Made by a program: the position numbers and the translations under genes. Positions 11,483 through 22,308 of a stretch of 64,000 nucleotides of DNA are shown one piece after another. The stretch covers positions 62,001 to 126,000 of the forward strand of contig MEDY01000054.1 in the NCBI GenBank assembly GCA_001724265.1, read 5' to 3'. A model generated the notes under the pieces. The model saw only the letters and a list, made by a program, of their open reading frames with translations, did not search any database and was not told the DNA's origin. Each line of letters begins with the position of its first letter. Positions within the stretch are counted from its first letter, which is position 1. The stretch is from Rhizaria sp. SCN 62-66 (lineage: Eukaryota).

Positions 11483-14400
11483 TCACTTGAAGCGGCGCGA
11501 GATCTCCTCCTCCTCAGCGCTCTCCGGTCCGTACACATAGTCACCGGTCACCTCCTTGAACATCGTGTTGACGTCGACCACGGCGCCGAGGCGGCGCAGC
11601 GTGAGGAACGCGCCGGACAGCTTGCGGTGCAGAGTGTAGGCTTCCATGGGCGGCGCCGCGAGGCGCGACTGCACCATCTTGCCAGCCAGCGGGCCGACGC
11701 GGCCGGCGATGTTGCCCTTAACGAAATCGTACGGGCCGGCGGTGCCAAAGGGCTCGCCGACAATGACGGCGGTGGCGACGTGGAGATCCATCATCTCGGT
11801 CGTCTCGTCGCCGGTCAAAAAGCCCATCTTGAGCGAGGCGTCGATGATGCCCGCGCGGTCCCCGGCGCCGCACGCGCGCACCATGCGGAGATACTCGTCC
11901 ACAAACGCCTTCTTGTAGCGGCGTGAGGCGCCGAAGTCGATGAGGTTGACGCGCTTGGTGGCGGGGTCGTAGAGGAAGTTGCTCCAGTTGGGGTCGGTCT
12001 GCATGAAGCGCCACGTGAAGAGTTCGCGTAGCGTCACGCGCATTAGCAGCGCGCCGAGCGCGTTGCGGTCGTCCTGGCTAAGGTTGAGGTGGCCGGCCGA
12101 GCCCGCTGCGGCGGCATCCGTGCGCGCCTGCGCAGCGGGGTCGCGGAACCCGGAGCCGGAGAGGCCGGACTCGGCGGCCACGGCGGGCGGGAGGGCGCCG
12201 TCCGCGCCCGGGAGCGCGATTTTGTCGATGGGGACGCCGCGGACGAGCTCGGTCGTGAGGACGCGCTGCGATGACGCTGAGGGGAAGACGGCGGGGACGT
12301 AGACCTTGCCGCGCAGCGCGGGCTCGGCGTCGATGATGTCCTTGAAGTGGGACTGCGCAGCGGCTTCGTAGGCGTAGTCGCACTCGAGAGTGAGCTCCAT
12401 CTTGCCAGAGGACATCGCCTGGTCAAGATATAAGCCGCGCGGGGTGAGATTGACCATGGTGAGCAGCTTGGTCAGGTTGTCGATGTCGCTGTTGATAGAG
12501 CGCGCGACGCCAGGGTACTGGACCTTGACTGCGACGAGCTCGCCGGAGTGCAGCGCGGCGCGGTGCACCTAGATAAGAGTTCAGAATATCAACAGCAAGA
12601 ATATAAAGAGATATACATGTGAGTTTTTTGAATCGAGAATGATCATTCAGAATATTACGTATTAAAATAAAATGAAATTTACGAAGACCATGTCAGAGCT
12701 GCGCTATATTGTTGCGAAAGTTTGCGATCCGTACCTGGCCGATCGACGCGGCCGCGATGGGCGCGTCCTCAAACTCCGCGAAACGGGCGGTACGCCAGTC
12801 AGCGCCCAGCTCACCGGCCATCGCGGCCTCGAGCTGAGCGCGCGGCATGACGTCGGCTCCCTGACGCACGCGCGCCATCACGGCGGCGAGCTCGGGCGAC
12901 AGCAGAGACTCATCCTGTATGAATGATTGCAGCAACGCAGCAAAGACGATGAGGAACATAAGGGAGTAGAAATCGCGAAAATTAGCTTAGTTTAGAGATC
13001 AAGCAGTACATCTAGAAACAAATTAGATTACATCGCTAAGATGTTTCCCAGGCAAAGTTCAGCTCGGACATATCTATTATGCAAATCCGAATAATATGAA
13101 TCCCACGTACCTGGATCGAGAGCATCTGGCCGATCTTGAGCGCGGCGCCACGCATGCGACACAGCCCCTCGACGAGCCGCTCCATGTTCCGGGGCGTCAG
13201 CAGCGCACTGCCCGCAGAACTACCGTTGTTGTCACTGCTGGAGAAGACGCTGGACGCCTTGTCGGCGACGGTGCCGGCAGCGAGGCGCGCGGCGAGGGAG
13301 CCGAAGCCCATGAAGCGGGCCAGCGGGGATGCCGGAACCGCGCGTTCCGTGCCCTTGAAGTGCGGGTTCGCGCGCGCCACGGCCGCCAGACGCGGGCGGC
13401 CCTCCGCGGGGGCGGCGGTCTCGACGGGAGAGGTAGCAGCGGCCGCAGCGGCAGCGGGCGCGGCAGCGGCAGAGGCGGTGGAGGCAGTGGGAGCGGTAGT
13501 GGTAGCGGGAGCAGCAGTGGTGGCAACGGGGGAGGCGCGGGCCTGGGCCTGGTTGTGCTGGGCCTGAGCGCGCGCCTTGATCTGGTCAACGATCGAACCC
13601 TCCTTAGCGGCGGCGGCGGCAACAACAGGCGCAGCAGCAACAGCAGCGGCGACGGGAGCAGCGACGGGAGCAGCAGCAGCGGCTTGCTGTGAGAGGAGCT
13701 GGGCCTCCATAGTAGCCAGGCGGGCGCGCAGAGCAGCGATCTCAGCCGCAGCGTCGTTCTGCTGCACAGGAGCAGCGCCCGGAGTCGCAGCGGGAGTGAA
13801 CACAGGCTCAGCGTCGGCTACAGCAGCAGCGTCAGCAGCGGCGGCGTTGGCAGCAGCAGCCGCGGCGGCGGCGGCGGTGTCAGAGTCGCGTTGGCGAGAG
13901 AACCCGCTTGCCGCACCCGTAGTCAACGACATGGCCGCGTCCGCAGCGGAGGCCGCAGCGGCCCCGAGCGCGGCAGCGGCGCTGGTCGCAGCCGTGGCCG
14001 CCGCCGCCGCCGCGTCGGCCGGGGACGGCACAGAAGCAGCGGCGCGCGCGGCCGTGTCCGCCGCGGCGGCGAGGGGGGCTTGCACGAACTGCGTAGCCAT
14101 CGCGAGTGACGCCTCGGCGGCCTCACGCAGCGCCGCGGGGGTCGTAGCGGCCAGCGGCGCGGCCACAGTCTCCAGCAGTGCGGAGACGGCGGCCGGGGAC
14201 GAGGCGGAGGCCAGCGCGGCGCCGAGATGCTGGCCCAGGCGGCCCGCGGTCGCCGCGGCGGTGTCGGGAGCATACACCGATTGCGCGGACGAGGACGACG
14301 CGGAGCTGCCACCAGCGGCGGCCGCGGCGGCGCCGGACGCGGTGTCGGCGTTGGTGGAGGACGTGCCGCCTTCGACGCCGAGCGCGAGGAGCTTGGCGTT

Positions 14401-14688
14401 AACGGCCACGAAGTCGCCGAGGCGGGCCGAGCAGGCGGCGGCCTCGTGCGCGGTGAGCTGGGAGAGCACGTCAAGCGCGCCCAGCGCCACGCGCGTGGCG
14501 TCCTCGAGGTACTGAGTCGGCGAGGGGGGCGCCGCGGCGGCAGCGAACGCGCGGCGGGGCGCGGGGGATGCGCAGGGCGGCAGGGCGGTCGCGGCGGTGG
14601 AGGTGGCGGCTGAGAGAGCGACGGCGGAGGCAGTGCTGGCGGTGCGCACGAGGGTGCGGCGCGCACACCAGCGAGAGGCGTGCAACAT
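11483..14688 (-). CDS. COQ8: COQ8/ADCK3 (ABC1/UbiB family atypical kinase); exons 14688..13111, 12914..12735, 12568..11483
   Basis: Spliced product contains LCRMRGAALKIGQMLSIQD (KxGQ), FEDAPIAAASIGQVHRA (A-rich loop), VAVKVQYPGV, MQTDPNWSNF, LIDFGA, LHRKLSG. N-terminus resembles a mitochondrial presequence. Ends TGA. Confidence 0.95.
12569..12734 (-). other. Spliceosomal intron 2 of COQ8 (166 nt, phase 0)
   Basis: GTACGG...ATCTAG on the minus strand; joins SIGQ to VHRA. Confidence 0.93.
12915..13110 (-). other. Spliceosomal intron 1 of COQ8 (196 nt, phase 0)
   Basis: GTACGT...ATACAG on the minus strand; joins MLSIQ to DESLL. Confidence 0.93.
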
Positions 14689-15097
14689 TATCCTGCGGCG
14701 CAAAGAGAGACTGCAGGCACGAGCAGGCGTGGATAGAAAACTGAGCGCGAGCTAGACACGGGCGCAGAAGAGATTCGGGAGGGTGAGGATGAGTGGGTAG
14801 GTCAAAGACCGAGTGGTGTGTGCGGAGGAGTTCGTGAGGCGCGGTAAAGTAATTAAAATAGTTCCTCAATGCAAAATTAATAAATTCATCTGGACAAAAT
14901 GATGCTGCGTGGATCGCGCGATCATACAGTGTGAAAGACATGCTTTTTGTTGTGCATCCACACGTGATTTCTGTGCGCTTCACTGCGCGGACCGAAAAAA
15001 GTCGTGGTGAAGTCAGGAGCGGTTACCCAATCATGAATTTTGTTTGGTCATTTGCACGTGAAATCCATCGTCAACATTGACACGGACACTGTGACAA

Positions 15098-15786
15098 ATG
15101 GACGATATCACGGACTCCGAGAAGGTACGTTGCATTTTCAATTCAGACTTCTGTAACCCCACGAACCAGACACTGGCTCTTCGACTAGTGTCCGTTTGCC
15201 TCTTCATTGCACCACTTCCGCTCACGCCACCATTCTTCCATCATATGACCATTCTTTTATCAATCTGTTGTTGCCCCCGCCTTGCCTTATTACGCGTAGT
15301 TTGCCTTCCAAGATGAGGCCGTGCGCAAGCGCATCCGCGAGATCATCGAGGAGAAGCTTAAGGGCAAGGACTACGACGAGGACATGGTGCCCCAATGGAT
15401 GAACGACATCTCAGAGACGTGCGTCGAGGAGCTTTTTTCTGCGCGCAAGCCCTTCAAATACGTTGTCACGTGCGCTATTATGCAGCGCACCGGGTCCGCG
15501 GTGCATTCTGCGACAGCGTGTCACTGGGACACCGTCAGCGATGGTACGTTATCGCTCACGTTCAACACTTTCTTGCTCTCTCCTCGCCATGTGCACTTCA
15601 TTAGATCCAAACACAAATCCTGACCGTCTGTCTCTTTCCCCTTTTTGTGCGTGTGTTGTGCCTTTCTGTGTGTGTACAGACACGATCTTTGTTTGCTGGC
15701 CTAAGCGCACGTCACGCGACCCGCTGAACCGCTCGATGGTGTGTATCGTGACCGTGTTCGCCGTCTCGTTCGTGCATGGCATGTAA
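15098..15786 (+). CDS. Tctex-1 family dynein light chain; exons 15098..15124, 15300..15543, 15680..15786
   Basis: Spliced protein MDDITDSEK-FAFQDEAVRKRIREIIEEKLKGKDYDEDMVPQWMNDISETCVEELFSARKPFKYVVTCAIMQRTGSAVHSATACHWDTVSD-DTIFVCW...NRSMVCIVTVFAV. The KPFKYVVTC, WD..SD and CIVTVF motifs are typical of Tctex-1. Ends TAA. Confidence 0.92.
15125..15299 (+). other. Spliceosomal intron 1 of Tctex-1 gene (175 nt)
   Basis: GTACGT...GCGTAG; joins the ATG-containing micro-exon in frame. Confidence 0.82.
15544..15679 (+). other. Spliceosomal intron 2 of Tctex-1 gene (136 nt)
   Basis: GTACGT...GTACAG with pyrimidine tract; brings the conserved C-terminus into frame. Confidence 0.9.
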
Positions 15787-16597
15787 TGCTCTGTGCACGA
15801 TTCACATCCACAGCAGCAATGCTCTCTTTTTGATCTTATAGCTCGTGCTCAGCGAATGCCTTCGCTGGCCGACAGCCTGTTCAAACATCGCTGAAACACG
15901 ATGATCTCGTCGCGTTTTCGCATGTCTGTTTTGAGTTGCGACCCTTCTTTGAAGAGGCTGATTTTGTGTTGTACTGTGCTAAGGTTGCTCAAGTGGCAGA
16001 CATCAGGCGACGCGTACATCATGCTGCTGCTGCAACAATGTTACATAGTCTTTTGAGGACCAGTTCCTCGCGATAGATATCATTTTTCATATTGAACCTC
16101 ATTGTGTGTCGATAATACACAATCAACTCATTATTCGAGTCACTTCCAATTTCAACGCAAATTATCACGTGCGCATTCAGATTCTGTGACTCCGCCGCGC
16201 AACAAATGAGCTTGCGTTTTTCTGAGACGCATGACTTACTTTAACTTAGATTATATTGTGTGCTGTGAAAGTAGGGTTTTTACTTGTATTATAAGAACAA
16301 AGATTCGAATTAATAATGGAAAAGTTGAATGATTGTACTGTAAATTGTCTTAATACGACCCTACGTGCTAAATAATGAGTCTTTGACTTTTGATGAACTA
16401 GAAGAGAATTGCAAACAGTAATTATTGGACAGCATCTAACCTGTCCGGATCGAAATTAAAGGCATGGTTAAACATGAATTATCGTGCATACACAAACAAT
16501 ATAGAAATCGGGACGCTCGCTGTAGTTTGCTGCTACTGAGCATATAATGATAAGATTACAGATGTTGAAGTTCGGCCACCGTTGAACGGGTCAAGGC

Positions 16598-18343
16598 TTA
16601 CGATGCAGCCTCGCGGCTGCTGGCAGATAGCTCACGCTCAGCTTCCGGTGGCACGAGCATCTGTTGTTCAGTGCCGACTCCACTGCGCTTGCTGTTGCTA
16701 GAGGCCGTGCTCTCGCCACCGCTCGAGTGGTACGGCACTGACGCCTATCCGGCTGACGCCGCAGTCGCGCGTTCAAGCTCGCCCTCCTTCGCCGCCGCAA
16801 CGGAGGCCGTTGTCGCAGCTGTTGCCGTTGCGGTAGTGGTGACAACAAGGGCGGCGATCGCGTCCTAAGCCGCTGCCGCAGAGGCGGAGGACTGTTCGTA
16901 GGCGTCACAGCGCGTGACAAAGTCCCAGAACTCGCCGAAGTTAAGCCGGCCGCCACTGCAGACACACCGCGTCACGTTTGCGCATGTGCAGACTTTACCG
17001 AGAGCTGCGAAGACAGCGGCAGTCTCGGACTCGGTCATAGAAACGCCGAGTTTGTCGCACACTCTACGCAGCTGCTGCTGGGTCAGCTTCTCAGTCACGT
17101 TGGGCTCACACGCAGCGAACGTGTCGTCTGCCTCAAATGTCACCATCTCAGCACTGGGCTGAGTGGGCACAGACGCGTCGTAACCGTGGTTATGAACACT
17201 GTCATCAGAGCATGCGTGCGTGTTCTGCTCCGGATGGAGGTGCGCAAAGTGACCGTGAGCAGACATCGCGGCGGTGGTGCTCTGATGTGCGTGCGCCAGA
17301 GCAGCGGAAGCCGCGCTCTGCGCAGTCTCGAGCGGGCTGGCGTCGCTGCTCGTGGCGTTCCAGCAGTAGTTCACGGACAAGCTACGGTACTTGTACTCAG
17401 CAGTGTGCGGAGGGTACGTCGCAAAAGCACCGGCATAGGCCGCTGTCGTGTTCTTGCTGTCGTGCTGAGTATGCAGCTGCAGATAAGCAGGGGCCGGAGC
17501 TGATGCAAGTGCAGGCGCAGATGCAAACGCCGGACTGCGTTCGTGCTGCGTACAGCTGAAGCTGCCGCGACTGCTGCTCGCGCCATACTGCGACTGCGCG
17601 TAGTGCAGCGCAGTTCCAATGTGGATTGCGTCAGCGTCGAGCTCAACTTCGTCCTCATCGTCGTTGTCGGCGTTGTCCGTGACATCGCTGTACGAGACGT
17701 TGTAGCGCGCCGGCAGCCCCGTTGCGGCAACAGCGACAGCGAAACTGCCTCCATTGCTAGCGCCTCCATTGATAGCGCCAGCGTTGTCGCGGTGCTGAGA
17801 CTGCGGCGCTCCCAGTGGCGGAAGCAGCACGCCGTGTACAGCGCCGCAGCCGTTGCTGCCCTGAGCAAAGTCTCCGGCAGCGCCATAGCTGAGGCTGCGG
17901 CTCACGACACTGCTCTTCAGGATTTCGCCATTATGGGTATTGACACCGTTGCCAAACAGAGTAGAGCTAGAGAAGAACGGGTGCGCTACAGGCTAGCCCG
18001 CACCCACATCTACACCGGAGTCGATGTTGTGCGCGTGAATCGCGTTAACATCAGCAGCAGTGGCGGGGAGCGAGTAAGTGTTGTATGCGGGGACTGTGTG
18101 GTGGTGAGGCTGGTAGTCAGTCTTCGCTGTCACACCGGCAATCGCGGGCAGGTGAGCCGGAGCGCCTGAGCCCTGGACTGAGGCGGGGAAGCGCTGCCGG
18201 GGCTGCGCAGCTGACATCTGCAAGTGCGACTGTGAGTATGGCTGGGGCTGGGGCTGGGGCAAGCGGAACGAGGTGGGTGTCAGCTGGGAGGCGCCAGGGG
18301 CTGAGGAGTGCAGGGAGACAACATTTCCGAAAGCGCCATTCAT
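16598..18343 (-). CDS. Hypothetical protein (~581 aa) with a degenerate EF-hand-like region; three in-frame TAG codons
   Basis: One frame runs from ATG 18343 to TAA 16598-16600, interrupted only by TAG at 17993-17995, 16865-16867 and 16745-16747. Includes KLTQQQLRRVCDKLGVSMTESETAAVFAAL...GRLNFGEFWDF (calmodulin-like helix-loop-helix). GC-rich coding-like composition lasts to about the TAA. Full length depends on TAG being read as sense. Confidence 0.6.
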
Positions 18344-19137
18344 TCGCTATTAACCAAACAGGGGGCCTCAGTTTGGCGTAACTATTGGATTAAGTTCCGA
18401 CAGGTATCACAGCAGAACCAAACGGAAGATGGTTGTGATACAAAGCGGTCTGCGGATGCAGGAGGAAGCCAGCGAGCAAGGGCCGTGATTATGAAGTTAA
18501 ACGGTTTCATAAGAGATTAATAACCAAAGGAACAAATTTTCAATGGGCTAAGACCCACAAATCAAAAGGTGCATTGCGAGTACAATCTATCCTCACGGCT
18601 GGATATACTTTCACAGAGCGGACAACTAAGGTTCCACCACGAACCAATTTGGGTGCTGAGCTCACAAGTTGTTTGGTGGCAAAATCATCAATCCGCGCAA
18701 AATGGTTTTAAAAACAAATTAAAAAGTATAACGTTGAACGATATCATGAAGCTTCATATCGAACAACAATGTTTGCACTGAGATATAGCGTGAATCAACA
18801 GCGGTTGTGAGGGCCGCGAACAATAAAAACGATTGTGGTGGAAGCGACCGACTGGCGAACGGACTCAGTCAGTCAGAAAAGGAATACTGTATCAAAAGAC
18901 AGTCAAACTGGGACTGGAGGCAGAAGGAGCAACATAGCCTTGATTCTACTGGAGTGCGATCGTCAGTTTATGGGTCAACGCAATTAACTAAGTTTTCTTT
19001 TTATTTCACACTCATTTTTCTTTTTATGCGACTACACGCCTTCATTTCATTGCTGTAGACCGTTTGGCAAGTCTCACTTCCCGACTAAGATACCCTCCGG
19101 TCTAGCACGCGCCCCAGCCAAGTCTCTGGGGTCACAA

Positions 19138-19163
19138 CCCCCCCCCCCCCCCCCCCCCCCCCC
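19138..19163 (+). repeat. C26 homopolymer tract
   Basis: 26 consecutive C, ending 40 nt upstream of the ATG at 19204. Confidence 0.9.
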
Positions 19164-19203
19164 GCTTTCCACAGAACGCCAGCGCGGGCCCCGTTCTGCT
19201 GCT

Positions 19204-21929
19204 ATGTTGCGCAAACTCGCGCTTCTGTCACTGCTCAGCTGCCTCCTCTGCTGCGCGCTGGTATCCAGAGCCGAAGCAGCCAGTGCATCTGACATGCCTC
19301 CTCGCTACCCCTCCGACTACGTGACCGTCATGCGCCCCGTCTCCCGCGCGCCCCACGACCCGTCCTCCTACACCGAGGGCCTGTGCCTGCACCGCGGGCT
19401 TCTGTTCGAAAGCTCCGGGCTGCTCGGTGCGTCGGCGCTGTCGACGACTCCGCTGGCATCGCTCTTCACCGCCGCGGCCAGCGAGGCCACGCACGCCGAC
19501 GCTGCCGCAGCAGCCGCTTTCGCCGCGCAACAACAACAACAACAGCAGCAGCGGCAGAGTCGTGGAGTGCTGCCCCAGGACCCAGCGTCCGCCGCGGAGG
19601 CCGCGCTGCTCGCATCTCGATTCCCGGCTCTTTTCCCTTTCTCTCCCCCATCCCCCTCATCAGCCGCCGCGCCGTCCTTTGCTGGCAGTACGTTCGTGCC
19701 GCCGACCGCGCAGCCGCAGTCGTTCCGGCTTCCGTCCCCGTCACCGAATGTTTTCGCTGAGGGACTGGCGGCGTCGGATGGATTACTCTTCCAGCTCACT
19801 CTGTCGCAAAACACACTCCTCGTGTTCAACGCGCAGGAGGTTTCCCGCCGCGCCGCCGAAGCCTCCGCCTCTTCCGCTAGTGCGAGGACGCGGCCCGCTG
19901 CGTCAACTTCGACATCGCACGGCCCGCAGTCGTGGCTCTGGTGCACCGTGCCGCTGCCCGCCGTGTGGCAGGACCCGCGGTTCCCACGCTCACAGCAATG
20001 GTGGGGGCTCGGCGCGTGGGACCCGCTGGACACGGACGCCACGGCCGAGGCGCTGGGGATCGACGTGCGCGCGCAGAGCCACATCATCGACACCGACGAT
20101 GACGACTATACCGACAACCGGAGCCGCAAAAGCAACAAAAACATCAAAAAGCACAGTGCGAGTGCAAGTGCGACGAGCCCGTATGCGTCCGCGTTCGAGC
20201 GCGCGTGGGCCCGCGGGGGCGCCACTGCGCGCGTGTTTTCCCTCTGGGTGAGCGACGGCTCCGCCGCGCTGAGGCTGATGCGCGTCTCACTGGACGACAC
20301 GGACGGGCTTCACGGCGCCGACGGCCCCGCGGGCGGCGCGGCCGGCGACGGCGCGCGGTGCGGCGCCGCGGACTGGGTGGCCGTGGGGCGCGATGCGGCG
20401 GCGGGGCGCAGTGACGCCGAGCAGCGGCAGCGGCAGCACTACGACCCGCAGTCCGCGTACGGCCGGCAGCAGGCGCAGGAGCAATGGGAACGCGCGAAGA
20501 GCCGCGCGCTGCGGGTGGTGACGCCGGCGGGCGCCGAGGTGCGCGGGCTCAATGAGCTGGAGGTCGTGCGGGTCCGCAGGGGCAGCGGCGAGGTTGTCTC
20601 GGAGATTTGGGCCAATGTCCTACAGGTACGTGTGTGGTGTTGATGAACCTGTTCTTTAACAAATTCGATGTATTGCTTGTATTTAGCCTTGTGTCAATTC
20701 TTATGGCTCCCGCTTGTTCAAATGCTGTGTATTTGATTCATTTATGTTGTTTACTGTGTTTTGTTTTAATGTTTCTTAGTCGCCGTGCATTGTGCGCGTG
20801 AACCCCACCACTGGCGTCGTGGCTGGCTGGGTCTTCATGGGCAACCTTGACGAGTACGTCTCAAGTCTCATTCTCAAAGCAAAATGAATATGCCATATAT
20901 CCGTAAATTGTGAGAATGTTTATTTATTGATTGACATCTCTGATGCACAAACTCATATTGCACTGATTATGACACTTTTTGACGTTCGTCTTTCTTGATT
21001 TTCGCAGTGGTGAACACCGGTCCGTGCGCGTGCCCAACGGCATCGCCGCAGTCCACACCACAGCTTCCCCCGGCCCCGACGCGCCGCCCTTCCCATCGCT
21101 GCTTCTGACGGGCAAGCTCTGGCCCTGGCTCTACGAAGCCACCGTCGAACCACTCGCCTCCATCTTCACCGGTCGCAGCAGCAGCGCTTTCCCCTCTGCT
21201 TCACACAGCGCAAACACGGATCACGATCGTGGTTCCTCGTTTGCAGCCTTCGCGGCGCGCCACAGCGCTGAGATGCGTGACGCACTGGCCGCGTCCGCCG
21301 CCGCTGACGCACAGTCCCTCTTCTCTCTTTCCCCATCACCGCCACCACAGTCTCCGTCTCAGCAGCAGTCGCGATTCCAGCTGCGCTCGCAGTCGCTGGT
21401 CGAGGCCGTGCGCAGCCGCAACAGCGCGCGCGACGCGAGCCGTGCGGGCAAGTGGGTCGGCTGGACCTCGGCCGACGCCGACAGCGCCACGGGCGGCGGC
21501 GCACTCACCGGCGACGACGCCGGCGACAACTCTGACACCAATAGTGACTACGCGCGCAGCAACACGGGGCACCGTGGGTTCAGCGGCGCGCAGTCGCTCC
21601 GCAATGCGCTGATCCACGGCCGCCGTGGTGTCGCTGGCCGCGGCGGCGGGCCTGTCGGTGGAGCCGCTGGCGTTGATGCTGCTGTCGGTACGGGTGCGCT
21701 GTCGGCGTCGCCAGCTGTGCCCACGGTGGCAGAGCTCGTGGAGACGCGGTCAGGTGTTCCGCGTGTGTGCCGTCCCGGCCCGCGCAACGGGCTTGAGACG
21801 ACGCCGGAGGACGTGGCGTACCAGCACGCCGTCGTGGCCGCGGCAGCTGACGGCAGGTCTGTCGCCAGCGTCGGGATGAACGGGGGCGGCGACGGCAACA
21901 ATCGTGGCAGCCCCGATGGGCCCTGGTGA
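19204..21929 (+). CDS. Glutaminyl-peptide cyclotransferase, plant/bacterial beta-propeller type; exons 19204..20625, 20780..20853, 21008..21929
   Basis: Signal peptide MLRKLALLSLLSCLLCCALVSRAEA; ordered motifs PHDPSSYTEGL, LFESSG, FAEGL, QLT, WGL, VSDGS, LNELE, IWANV, IVRVNPTTGVVAGW, VPNGIA, LTGKLWP. Ends TGA. Confidence 0.88.
20626..20779 (+). other. Spliceosomal intron 1 of glutaminyl cyclase gene (154 nt)
   Basis: GTACGT...TTCTTAG, T-rich; joins WANVLQ to SPCIVRVNP. Confidence 0.9.
20854..21007 (+). other. Spliceosomal intron 2 of glutaminyl cyclase gene (154 nt)
   Basis: GTACGT...TTCGCAG, AT-rich; phase 2 join restores the frame to the NGIA and TGKLWP motifs. Confidence 0.9.
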
Positions 21930-22308
21930 GTTCCTATGAGGAAACAAAAAGGGAATTCCGTGCTGTGATTTGATTATTTAGTTTTGCTTTTTAAACGCGA
22001 GGTATTTTAAGAATCATGATGATGACAGCTATCTAGTGAAATTAATCATGTTATCACGACCCGAAATAAAGCGCATCATGCTTTGTATGTCTTCGATAAC
22101 AAACGCATTGTTTTAATAATCGTTGTCGTCTTCTCAAACGGTGGTATTTAGCCATAGATGTCCTGATGCACCCAAGACAAGATTCGCTAGATAAGAAGAA
22201 AATGTATTGTCCTAGTACTACATAACTTATGAGTATAATGCATCATCATATCAGACATTATTCACATAGATAGCTTACACAAGCATAATTTCGTGTTTGG
22301 AACCTTAA

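Noticed and set aside
16956-16998. Possible 43-nt intron (GTAAAG...TGCAG, minus strand) shifting the hypothetical gene into the 16591..16965 frame and bypassing two TAGs
   Set aside because: Donor and size do not match the nine real introns, it is not AT-rich, it would remove the GRLNFGEFWDF half of the EF-hand-like motif, and the new frame has shadow-frame (Arg/Pro/Leu-rich) composition. Not excluded without RNA data.
17968-17995. Acceptor-like TTCTTCTCTAG just downstream of the TAG at 17993 (minus strand)
   Set aside because: No GTACG donor or AT-rich intron body upstream, and no nearby frame-compatible GT.
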